Below are positions 47,601 to 55,929 of a stretch of DNA of 64,000 nucleotides, piece after piece. How positions within the stretch are numbered: position 1 is the stretch's first letter; each line of letters begins with the position of its first letter. Both the position numbers and the translations under genes were made by a program. Origin of the DNA: Candidatus Thorarchaeota archaeon (GTDB taxonomy: Archaea; Asgardarchaeota; Thorarchaeia; Thorarchaeales; Thorarchaeaceae); assembly GCA_048882485.1 (NCBI GenBank), contig JBHLRP010000001.1:128001-192000 (forward strand), given 5' to 3'. Below the pieces are notes generated by a model, which was not told the DNA's origin, ran no database searches, and saw nothing but the letters and a program-made list of their open reading frames with translations.

Positions 47601-49437
47601 TGAGATGCCAGGCGAACCCGGCAATTACACGATTACATTCACTGGAAACCTCGGTGGAACATATTTCATAACTGTAACTGGACTAAAAGAAGACCATGCA
47701 ACGGCAGCCACATCATTCTATATAATTGTCGGAGCTATATCCACTAATCTTGATGTTTCAGGTGACGAACTGCCTAGTGATCTGTACTATAACCAGACCT
47801 ACACTTGCACGCTCTTCTATTCAGACCTGGAGTCAACAGGAATTGATGGCGCCTCTGTGAATATCACATTCAATCCAGTTGCTACGATAGAATGGGTAGA
47901 CATCGGTGGTGGCTATTACCAATTCTCAATCAGAGTGCCATCACTCGGCTCCTTTGCAATCTATGCGAGATTCCAGCAATTTGGCTACGCTTTTACCGAC
48001 ACGTCATTCATCTTTAATGTCATCGAAGTCCCAACCTCCATCTCGAGTTACGGGCTTGTACCATCCTACTATGATACTAGAACCTATCAATTTGCCCTAC
48101 ATTATAATTCAACTCTAGAGAGCGGGGTTTTGGGTGCTACACTCACACCATCTGTTTCAATTCGTCCTTTCTACAGGTTTACAAGAGCTGGCAATGGCTG
48201 GTACAATTTCACTTTGACTCCCTCATATGGCAATTATACTGCGACCTTCTGGCTAACAAAGCCTGGTTACCAAGAGCAGGAATTTAGCTTCGACTTATCA
48301 ACTGTCAAAATTCCAATTATGCTCTCTTCTCTTTACCCAATAGAATCAACTTACTCCAGAAAAGCCGGTTCAGACCTTACGATTAGGATTGCGCCAATTG
48401 CAGCTGACACAGGTGAAGCCCTCATAGGTGCAACGGTGAGCTATGTAATCGAGAATGTAGATGTAGGTAGGCCTGAGCCGAATCCTTCAGGCTCATTTGT
48501 GGAAGCATTCGGTGTTTACACTGCAAACATTACAATGCCCTTTCCAGGATTGTATGTGCTTCGCATTACGATTCTCAAGGACAGTTACGAAACTGTTCAA
48601 AATGAAATCGTACTTAGCTCTTATGCGAATCCTGAAACAGTCCTGGTTCAAAACCTTCAAGCTGGTTTGCTAGGCGCACTGGCACTGCTTTGTGTGATTT
48701 CTGTGACGATGCTGAGTCGGAGATACTTTCATGCAATAACCACTCAGAAGAATCTGGAGCTCCTAGCATTCAAAGGACGGCTTGAGGATGCTCGCAACTT
48801 GATAGGGCTTCTAATAATCCATCGAAAGGTGGGCTTACCCGTCTATTCTCGGATATTCAAGGGTGCCTTTGAGGAATCAATGCTCAGTTCATTTATAGCC
48901 GCGATTTCGCAATTCAGAGCCGAGTTCTCTTGGGATGAACCAATCTGGACTGCTATACCCATCACGGAAGTCATCACTGCCGTTCAGACTGAGGTGCTAA
49001 TTTGTGCCATCATAACACTTGAGGGGTCCTCGGTGAAACAGAAAGAGCAATTGGAGGCGTTTGGGCGCGAGGTAGGAGGTTTCTATGATCACGAGGACGA
49101 CACTTTGAGGGCGATGTTCCATACCCCGGAGCTTTCTGAATCCTTTGCTAGGATATTTGACCCCATCTTCGAGGGCTACTTCGATGGAGTTCTCATGCTT
49201 CGCTATGTAGGGGTGAAGAAGAATCTTCCCGGTCATCTAAAGCCAGTATCAGAAGCGATGGCCTCCCTAAGCATTGATTATGGAGTGACACCTGAAGCAA
49301 TAATCAAAGCTCTAGTTATGCTGGGGTATGGTGAACATGAAGCCCATAGTCTGACACTAGAAGCAATTGATCGTGGTTACTTGATTGCAGGCGAAAGGAA
49401 GCTGCCTCCGCCAGCTCTCGGTGAACTCCTTGAATGA
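44677..49437 (+). CDS. Large single-pass surface protein: LamG-like domain, Ig-like repeats, TM, cytoplasmic longin-like domain
   Basis: Signal-like N-terminus; LamG motifs WYFFAIVWD and GHIDDFRYF; GxGxY Ig-type repeats; TM at about 48661-48714; LIGLLIIHRKVGLPVYS...MLSSFIAAISQF longin-like signature. Confidence 0.75.
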   Translation: MYVGRFGGERVPQCSRVAIPVVAFTLVCMLFLSPPCHLSFSRDNYASNLSSNYELEKANLPSDMALQSGVLNPVSIHHTGTTHGYTQAQSLRTDVAANPQSEILLPAGAPENYYSADCYDGGFFLVGSGGYADFGSTAGTLSWWGKWDRDAPHGRFWGQNNNFETRWSGGSLVLDWGSDNTFFGVKSDWLESHWYFFAIVWDESTNFIGFYWGDESTIPQEDASTYAWTGSVAGLHTRNAIMNSEMKTDSIDGHIDDFRYFTTARSIDDIRGDYIQRLSGEEPGLSNYYTFENDLSDSAGTIDLDTSGSYLFSHDTFSVPDGWRAEQLSVNVLNLRRLYVLNGSFDSGLPGVNEDWPLGTDGTYYAAGWLARREAVSFPGRQRATYDASGHIALENEGYYVTASTAYRHYDGTRIYWYQNVNNSMLNEQFEFEFNYLYQSGPIGTHFEGIFELRFEIRDGPLVLWNWSQDLVNISQRQTWYSTGMIPVNLTGAPSSFEARLVMEVTTAGSYVEIPETDSDLDGDSTNGMFVTVLADDISFIGATRPSCESVDLSVSTPQTGGVSITGALGTGSALLNYQSWNESAIPIAFSSNSSVSFDISAKVSKMKRYLLSFASPSLGSEGVSYSVEHDASPNITMFTFVGSYPEAEDLGLFVYHPDSWENITITDPFGDDDSDTLTVGAGYFEVPAGAIDSVGWWKIQMQAPNYAKEIRTQKFNSLGSGWVDETVFRTGDRIRCQVVIGTVSDYPPSVMNLQSEILLPSNEFWASAFMNNATGYILTSESFTFGSYNASIGEWMATAFWENGSAIAFGHVHFEVYHGLTMFAHTPNIERNLGESFTAAVYIHDQQTGEPILNGDSVVVGNWSTGPAFFSPNLAKGWWEADFNTSEIGVGLWVIAINATIPYYEAVNCTIDIQVMTLTVMTTLGTYYAEISPGSTYEAKFRYMFLDGTGIENADVFVATWSGPASGIEYNDTVEMPGEPGNYTITFTGNLGGTYFITVTGLKEDHATAATSFYIIVGAISTNLDVSGDELPSDLYYNQTYTCTLFYSDLESTGIDGASVNITFNPVATIEWVDIGGGYYQFSIRVPSLGSFAIYARFQQFGYAFTDTSFIFNVIEVPTSISSYGLVPSYYDTRTYQFALHYNSTLESGVLGATLTPSVSIRPFYRFTRAGNGWYNFTLTPSYGNYTATFWLTKPGYQEQEFSFDLSTVKIPIMLSSLYPIESTYSRKAGSDLTIRIAPIAADTGEALIGATVSYVIENVDVGRPEPNPSGSFVEAFGVYTANITMPFPGLYVLRITILKDSYETVQNEIVLSSYANPETVLVQNLQAGLLGALALLCVISVTMLSRRYFHAITTQKNLELLAFKGRLEDARNLIGLLIIHRKVGLPVYSRIFKGAFEESMLSSFIAAISQFRAEFSWDEPIWTAIPITEVITAVQTEVLICAIITLEGSSVKQKEQLEAFGREVGGFYDHEDDTLRAMFHTPELSESFARIFDPIFEGYFDGVLMLRYVGVKKNLPGHLKPVSEAMASLSIDYGVTPEAIIKALVMLGYGEHEAHSLTLEAIDRGYLIAGERKLPPPALGELLE

Positions 49438-49655
49438 TCAGCCATCTAGAAAATCACCAAGGATTTCCTATACAGTACCAGTCAAGTAATGAGCGGTTTC
49501 AGCAAATTTCTGACCATTCAATCATTGCATGCCAGTCATGGCCATACTAATAGCCCCAAAGAGAGCTAGTGGTGGCATTTATCGGGACATAAATCTCTTT
49601 GAGGGAATCGCATTTATCAGACAACTCATCAACGCTGTCAAAGGTCCGGATATGA

Positions 49656-50789
49656 ATGAGTGAGTTCATAATTCGTTATTTCAGTCCGCACGGACGCCAG
49701 GAGGAAAGGAAATTCAGGAGTGATGCTTCACGAATAGAGCTTTCAATGAGGGCCGCAAGTGAAATCGACCTCACCCCTTTGCAGGATTGTGACCAGCTAG
49801 AAAGATTGGACCTATCTCACAATTTCCTTGAGGCAATAGATTTGGCTCCCTTGATGGACAAGAAATCTCTTCAAGTTCTTCGTCTGCAGGACAATAGACT
49901 CTCAGCGTTGGATCTTTGGCCCCTGCACTCTTGTCCGAATCTTACTGAGATTGAACTTACTGAGAATAGGCTAAGAACCCTAGACGTAACTCCTGTGTTC
50001 ACATGCAGACTTCTGCGCGCAGATTCCAGTGTGGTGTTGACCGCAGACAGCATTCTAAAGCATATACTCACACCGGAGATGATCATGGCGCAGTTTCACT
50101 CGGTCCGCACAGATAGGACAGCTTGGACTGCTGCACCCGTAGTCATTTGGAATGATTATGACAAGTTAGTGAAAACCATAGGTTGGCCTCTAGTATTTCA
50201 ACGCATGAAATCAGTCCTATCAAAGATATCAGAGGTTAATTGGTTTGACGCACAGAAGGGTCTACTAGAATCCCTTGGCATGCCAGAACTCTCAGGCTTG
50301 GATGTGAACCCTATGAAGATTCTTGTTGATGTGTCTGAGGAAGAAGATTATGAGTCTTCGAAAGAACGCATCTATGACCGAGTGGTTGAACTTCTAGCTG
50401 ATCAAATAGAAAGAGGCGGCCCTACTCTATTCCTTAATGTACTGAGGATGAAGGACACTCGAGCATCACGCTTAATCCCTTCCATTGCAAAACAGAGAGT
50501 GGCCGAACTTGAGGAGTTGGAAGTGCAGACACTTCGCGGTATTGCTTTCCTTCATTCAATCTGGATGACATCCTATGGATTTGATGTTCTCAGTGCCCTT
50601 GATTGCGGTCTGACTGCAAACTCAGTTGATATGAACCAAATCAAGATGGCTTTCGCCGAAGCTGGCTTTGAGCTAAACATCAGGCGAGTGAATTCGATTG
50701 CTCATAGAAATTGGGGTGATACGTCTCGCAGCTTTAGGCGATTTATTTTCAGATTGGCACGTTCTCATACTGGAAGAAAGGGGATGTAA
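49656..50789 (+). CDS. Leucine-rich repeat protein (cytoplasmic)
   Basis: LERLDLSHNFLEAIDL, LQVLRLQDNRLSALDL and LTEIELTENRLRTLDV match LxxLxLxxNxL. Confidence 0.85.
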   Translation: MSEFIIRYFSPHGRQEERKFRSDASRIELSMRAASEIDLTPLQDCDQLERLDLSHNFLEAIDLAPLMDKKSLQVLRLQDNRLSALDLWPLHSCPNLTEIELTENRLRTLDVTPVFTCRLLRADSSVVLTADSILKHILTPEMIMAQFHSVRTDRTAWTAAPVVIWNDYDKLVKTIGWPLVFQRMKSVLSKISEVNWFDAQKGLLESLGMPELSGLDVNPMKILVDVSEEEDYESSKERIYDRVVELLADQIERGGPTLFLNVLRMKDTRASRLIPSIAKQRVAELEELEVQTLRGIAFLHSIWMTSYGFDVLSALDCGLTANSVDMNQIKMAFAEAGFELNIRRVNSIAHRNWGDTSRSFRRFIFRLARSHTGRKGM

Positions 50790-51190
50790 AGTGTTCACGT
50801 CGCTTCCAACGCAAGCACATATGCAAGAAACAGATTGAGGTTGCTCTTGACTCGAGCTCTCGCGAGAAGGCCTCCAAATGCAGAGAGCTCATTTTCAAAA
50901 GCGGCCTGCATGTGATTACCTCACGAAGTAGACACGGGCTAGAGCCTTAGTTGATAGGAGCTTTGCTTTAGTCATTCTCTTCTTCTTTGTTTCATTCCTA
51001 TTGTATTTTGTAAACGCCATTGTTGTTCAGAATATAGTATGGCTGGTCACGCGATATACTATTTCTGAGAACTACTGCCCAAATCTATGGTCACGGTGTG
51101 ACCATATGCCCTTCCTTTATCTTTGACTTACCCTTTCCGGCAGACTAAATTGAGAGCGGAATTAATGACAAATCCCTTGGGTGCTGCAAA

Positions 51191-51781
51191 ATGGCAAGAA
51201 GAGAAACCTTCAAGGATCCACTTGTTAGGGTACGAATCTCTCGAGTCAGATTCCCCAAGATGTGTCCTGTCTGTGGCTCTGAAACGAATGGAGTCACCAA
51301 AGTAGTCACCACTCATAATAACACAAAGTTCCTTTCTCGTGGTGCAATGGCTCACTATGATCGAAAACTAGTTGGGACTCCTGTTCCTGATATCAAGACC
51401 TTTCATGTATACGTTTGTGAGGACCACGATCTTGAGGATGGGGGCATCATGAGGCTGAGAGCAGCTTCCACTTTCTATGCAGCATTAGCTGTCTGCATGC
51501 TCGTCTTTGCAGTAATGTTGATAGGAAATGATCTTAGCCATGGTCGACCACTCACTGTTTGGACGGCTCTCTTCTTCACATTTGTAGGAGCTACAATGAC
51601 ACTGGTATTTGTGGCATTTCGGCCATACGGAATAGAAACCGCCTTCAAGATTGTCGGATTTGATTATGACTTGCGACATGTGTGGCTTCAGCTGGAGAAT
51701 CCCACATATCGAAATGCTATGCTTCAAGAGAATGCTATGGATTCCGAGCTCGCTTCTTGGATTGTTCGCGGCGGAACTTAG
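51191..51781 (+). CDS. Two-TM membrane protein with a putative zinc site (CxxC...CxxH)
   Basis: FPKMCPVCG and YVCEDH motifs followed by two TM helices. Confidence 0.7.
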   Translation: MARRETFKDPLVRVRISRVRFPKMCPVCGSETNGVTKVVTTHNNTKFLSRGAMAHYDRKLVGTPVPDIKTFHVYVCEDHDLEDGGIMRLRAASTFYAALAVCMLVFAVMLIGNDLSHGRPLTVWTALFFTFVGATMTLVFVAFRPYGIETAFKIVGFDYDLRHVWLQLENPTYRNAMLQENAMDSELASWIVRGGT

Positions 51782-51787
51782 AAACGA

Positions 51788-53227
51788 CTAGGCTCTGCTT
51801 CTTCTATCTCGTGTTTCATAGTACTGGCAAGTCTTCGATAAAGCTCCTACCGCCTCGCTCATATTTCTGAAAACGGGGAGTCCCTCTTCAACAAAGACAT
51901 TCCAGCACTTCATGCGAGCCTCTGCATAAGCCACCTCTGGTATTGCAACAAGAACTGGCTTGTTTTGACTATCTACAATATGTCGACCAGACTCAGACAT
52001 GATTTTCCAGAAGAACTCGGTCGCATCTTGTAATCCCATTATAGTACCCACCTGGTGAATATGATGAGGATCAGCCTCGAGTATTATTGAATCAAATCTC
52101 TTCTCTTCTCCAACAGTCTTTATAATCTCACCAATATTCTCCAAGTCGTAGTAATCAGCAGCAAGATCGATGGGATTGCCCAAAGAAGTTCCTACATCCT
52201 TTATCATTGGATCCAGTTTCTCTAAGATTTCTTTGGAGGTCCTTGGAACCTTCAATCCGCTTTCGATACAGAGGTCTGTGTATACGACACTGGTTCCTCC
52301 GCTAATTGCGATGATGCCGACATTATGTGATTCCGGCTTCGGACTCAGTGAGAACACGCTAAGAGTGGCTATCAAGTCCTCAAGAGTCCTAACGGTGGGA
52401 ACATTGGCTTGTCGAAAGGCCGCATCCCATACATGCCTGCTTCCTGCCAAAGCTCCGGTGTGCGAGGATACTACCCTTGATCCTTCCTGAGATCTTCCTC
52501 CCTTGAGTACAACTACCGGTTTCATCTCAGCGAGGTTTCTTAGGGCTTTCAGGAACTCCTTCCCCTGACTAGTTCCTTCAATATAAGCACCAACAGCACT
52601 TGTTTCATCATCTGTCTGGAAATACTCAAGCAACTCGGTCGGAGCGACATCAACTCCATTGCCAAATGAGAACACCTTGCTAAAGCCCACACCGGATTCA
52701 ACGCCTGCGGTATACGTACTGATAGCCACACCCCCCGATTGGGAGATGAATCCTACATTTCCGATCCTCTGCATGACAGTTGGCATGAAACTGAATCCAA
52801 TCTTCGGATACATCAGACCCATGCAATTTGGTCCAAAAACCCGGGTTGGCAACTCGTCGATTACTTGCTTGAGTTCTTGCTCACGACGCAACCCTTCTTC
52901 GGTTCCAAGCTCGGAAAACCCACTTGTGAATATCGTTGCGCCCTTTGCTCCTTTTTCTGACGCCTGTTTCAATACTTCCGGTACAGCTTGATAGGGGACT
53001 CTAATAATGGCATAGTCTATCCTCTCTGGTATATCCTCTACACTCTGATACATCCTCTGCCCCAGAACTGTCCCTTCTCTTCTTGAAACTAGCCACACTC
53101 TGAGATCATGCTGCCATTGCAGCATTGAATGCGCCCAGTAGTATCCCATTGATGGAGAAACGCCAATTATCGCTACTGACTCAATTTCAAGCATTTCTTT
53201 GATTGTTGGTTTGCTCTTCAATATCAT
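51788..53227 (-). CDS. ADP-forming acetate/acyl-CoA synthetase alpha subunit (CoA-binding and ligase domains, no ATP-grasp)
   Basis: SVAIIGVS, FTSGFSE, GPNCMG, SQSGG, phospho-His motif SSHTGALAG, and NPIDL. Confidence 0.87.
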   Translation of the reverse strand: MILKSKPTIKEMLEIESVAIIGVSPSMGYYWAHSMLQWQHDLRVWLVSRREGTVLGQRMYQSVEDIPERIDYAIIRVPYQAVPEVLKQASEKGAKGATIFTSGFSELGTEEGLRREQELKQVIDELPTRVFGPNCMGLMYPKIGFSFMPTVMQRIGNVGFISQSGGVAISTYTAGVESGVGFSKVFSFGNGVDVAPTELLEYFQTDDETSAVGAYIEGTSQGKEFLKALRNLAEMKPVVVLKGGRSQEGSRVVSSHTGALAGSRHVWDAAFRQANVPTVRTLEDLIATLSVFSLSPKPESHNVGIIAISGGTSVVYTDLCIESGLKVPRTSKEILEKLDPMIKDVGTSLGNPIDLAADYYDLENIGEIIKTVGEEKRFDSIILEADPHHIHQVGTIMGLQDATEFFWKIMSESGRHIVDSQNKPVLVAIPEVAYAEARMKCWNVFVEEGLPVFRNMSEAVGALSKTCQYYETRDRRSRA

Positions 53228-53350
53228 CAGAAGCTCTCCGGGCTCGCGAAGGGGAATCTGACGGTGATTTAAGAGTAGCGAAGGACCGAATCTACGAATC
53301 GAGCTCTTTACTCATCTACAAATATCAGCTTCCTCCCCCCATAATAGGCT

Positions 53351-53493
53351 CTGAGATCTATATTAGTAGGCGTCGGCCGAGTCTTTGCAATTTGGGTCGT
53401 GTGTGTGGAGTCTGTATGCCAGCAGGCATGAAAGTCGTTGAACTCTTTCGGAGTACCGAAGGCCGACGCACTGAGTTCAACATATCATCTCAG
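53351..53493. ncRNA. Candidate structured RNA (multi-stem, pseudoknot-capable) in the divergent intergenic region
   Basis: Five complementary pairs: 53351-57/53487-93, 53370-78/53461-69, 53437-45/53473-81, 53416-20/53425-29 and 53447-51/53456-60. No known family recognised. Confidence 0.35.
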
Positions 53494-53497
53494 TAAT

Positions 53498-53557
53498 ATA
53501 TATGAATTTGTCATATATGATATGAGGTGCTACGAAGGTATGAATGGCGCCATTCAT
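53498..53557. promoter_or_regulatory. Two palindromic sites (candidate TF operators / divergent promoter)
   Basis: ATATATGA-N5-TCATATAT (53498-53518) and a perfect 18-bp palindrome ATGAATGGCGCCATTCAT (53540-53557). Confidence 0.4.
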
Positions 53558-53604
53558 CAGGGAGTACGGTGTCATAATTTGAATACAGCGACCATTGAGT
53601 TAAT

Positions 53605-55809
53605 ATGATTTCAGACCTCGTCGTCATCATGCGTGTCCCCACCCGCCTGTTTCCCATTCTTCTATGTCTAATGATTATACAGTCTGTATCCTCTACGCAA
53701 GCTATGCCAGTTGAATCATCATTTCAAATTAGCCAGACCTACGATCACAGAGACACCATAAACCGAGCTTGGTCCATTGAAATTGTGCTGGTGAATTACG
53801 AAGCTTCCCTCATTGAAGAAGCCACCCTGATAGGCGGGCTCCCGGTGTCGAGCAATCATTCGACTCCTGCTGTGGATATCAGCTATCAAATTGATTACAG
53901 TGTTACGCATGCAGGAGAAACTTGGACTGATGATTTAACTCAATACATGATTGAGAACTCAATAGATGGTCCTGAAACAGGGTCGCAGCTAGACGAGGCT
54001 GCCTTGGAATATCAAGAGAACAATCCAGACGAGCCACAAACGATATTCACTCCCAGAGCTGGAAGAGTTATCGATGGTGAGGCGGTAGAAGATTGGCTCA
54101 ATGAGAATCCAGCTGTTACTCCTCCGAATCTTGGGTACATTCTCTACATTTTCAATTTCAGCGACTTCGATAGCGCTGACCATTCATTTGAGCACTGGTA
54201 CGATTACAATCCCGTTGATTCCGATTCGGGCGAATCACAGAATTGGTTTCGTCTGGAATGGGACAATGAGCTGAATCCTGATGTAAAGCTACAATATGCA
54301 GGCTTTGGCGGCCGCCACAACTTATTCGTCCTAGATGCGAGTGCAGATCAATGGTACCTAAGATGGGCACGCATCTGGTGGGGTTCTCCCCCCTATGATG
54401 ATCAACCTGAGCACTGCACCATGGATCTTGAGGACAAAGCGGCTTCAGTGGACTTGGGAACACCTGGGGGAGTGCATGACCTCAATGTATACCTGCATGA
54501 TTATCTGTATGACCCTGTAGCATTCCTATTCATTCCACAGCAAAATAGTCCATCTGCCTACGTTGATTCGGGCAGATTAGTTGGATTGGTATTCTGTTTG
54601 GATGTCGCTACGGGCATACCAGTCCAGAGCCTAGCTTGGGTCACTGATGCCGACAGACAACGTCATCATCTTTCCGAGCTCCTGCCATTTATCCCATGGG
54701 AGGTCAGCATAGATTTTCTCAACATCGACAACCATCCAGCTTGGGATGCTCTCTTTTGGAGGAATGCCTACGACGAGGATGGGACTACCGTTGTGAATGG
54801 CTCAACGATGTTCGGGGATATCTATACAAACATGAGACCAGACTACATTGACACAGAAAGTGATGACATCCAGGTCTTTGGGGTTGTCTTCATAAAGCAG
54901 CAGATGGAGATGATTTACCAAAACCGAACCTTCACTGGACTGGGCGGGATGGGCCAGACGGTGATTTGGAAGGCTTGGGAACGATATTATCGTCCTGATG
55001 GAATCACACCAAAGGATGGCGTTTCAAGTGTTCAACTTCATGAAACGATGCATAGTATTGGAATAGGACATACATGGAATTACGGGCACTACGTTGGCGA
55101 CTTCAGCCATAGTCCAATGGGCTACTTCAGCTTCCATAATGGCACTGCAACCTTCGACCAAAACTGGGTACAGGGCACGTACCTCGATCAGATGGAGGCT
55201 GAGGTCTGGAATGATTTTGCCGAGAAGTCCCAAGATGTCAGTAATGACGAACGGCAAGAAACATATGAGGCTCAAGAATGGGCTCTGCAGAGCTTTGACT
55301 TGGCTCAATCCTACTACAATCACATGATGTGGTTGGAATGCTACAATGAATTGGTCCGTGCTCGCGATTACACCCTGAACATGTTCTATTCGCAACTTGA
55401 CACAACATCGCCAGTCATTCAAGATTGGGGTGTTGATAGTCTGCCAATAGATCAATCCGGATTCGATGTCTGGGTAACTGTTACCGACGACCTCTCGGGT
55501 GTGCAGAATGTGAGCATCATTCTGGAGATGAATGAAGAAATCTATGGCCAATACCCTTGCTCACAAGATGGCACCAATTGGAGTGCTTCCATCCCCGCCT
55601 TCGATATTATCGAAGACACAGACTTGGATGTCTATGCAACAGCATCCGATTGGGGAATGAATGGCGCGCAATTGCTCCTGTTCAGTCAAGAGTTTACGAC
55701 TACCGTTCCTGAATTTCCGGTAGCCATTGTGTTTGGCGTTAGTGCCATAGTGATAGTTGCAGCAGCCGGAGTATTGATTTATAGACGGAGGGAATCTGGC
55801 CGGTTCTGA
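53605..55809 (+). CDS. Secreted, membrane-anchored metzincin zinc metalloprotease with a PEF-CTERM-like tail
   Basis: Signal peptide (likely start 53629); HETMHSIGIGH (HExxHxxGxxH) and Met-turn SPMGY; C-terminal VPEF-TM-RRR. Confidence 0.78.
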   Translation: MISDLVVIMRVPTRLFPILLCLMIIQSVSSTQAMPVESSFQISQTYDHRDTINRAWSIEIVLVNYEASLIEEATLIGGLPVSSNHSTPAVDISYQIDYSVTHAGETWTDDLTQYMIENSIDGPETGSQLDEAALEYQENNPDEPQTIFTPRAGRVIDGEAVEDWLNENPAVTPPNLGYILYIFNFSDFDSADHSFEHWYDYNPVDSDSGESQNWFRLEWDNELNPDVKLQYAGFGGRHNLFVLDASADQWYLRWARIWWGSPPYDDQPEHCTMDLEDKAASVDLGTPGGVHDLNVYLHDYLYDPVAFLFIPQQNSPSAYVDSGRLVGLVFCLDVATGIPVQSLAWVTDADRQRHHLSELLPFIPWEVSIDFLNIDNHPAWDALFWRNAYDEDGTTVVNGSTMFGDIYTNMRPDYIDTESDDIQVFGVVFIKQQMEMIYQNRTFTGLGGMGQTVIWKAWERYYRPDGITPKDGVSSVQLHETMHSIGIGHTWNYGHYVGDFSHSPMGYFSFHNGTATFDQNWVQGTYLDQMEAEVWNDFAEKSQDVSNDERQETYEAQEWALQSFDLAQSYYNHMMWLECYNELVRARDYTLNMFYSQLDTTSPVIQDWGVDSLPIDQSGFDVWVTVTDDLSGVQNVSIILEMNEEIYGQYPCSQDGTNWSASIPAFDIIEDTDLDVYATASDWGMNGAQLLLFSQEFTTTVPEFPVAIVFGVSAIVIVAAAGVLIYRRRESGRF

Positions 55810-55929
55810 CGGCACCATTCGAAAAATCGCAGGTATTTTGATTTTTTGGAATCAATATTCACCCATTTGTTTAATATGTGGGAGAGTCGACTCTCTTACA
55901 TCCTCAGCTGAGTTCAATTCAGGAGCAGT

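Noticed and set aside
44570-49507. 11-bp inverted match ATTTGCTGAAA / TTTCAGCAAAT flanking the LamG-longin gene
   Set aside because: Too short and AT-rich, with no transposase or target-site duplication; compatible with chance.
53203-53496. 97-aa ORF across the structured intergenic region, and a tRNA/SRP/RNase P interpretation of that region
   Set aside because: The ORF has no SD or protein-like features. There is no cloverleaf with T-loop consensus and no SRP or RNase P conserved motifs.
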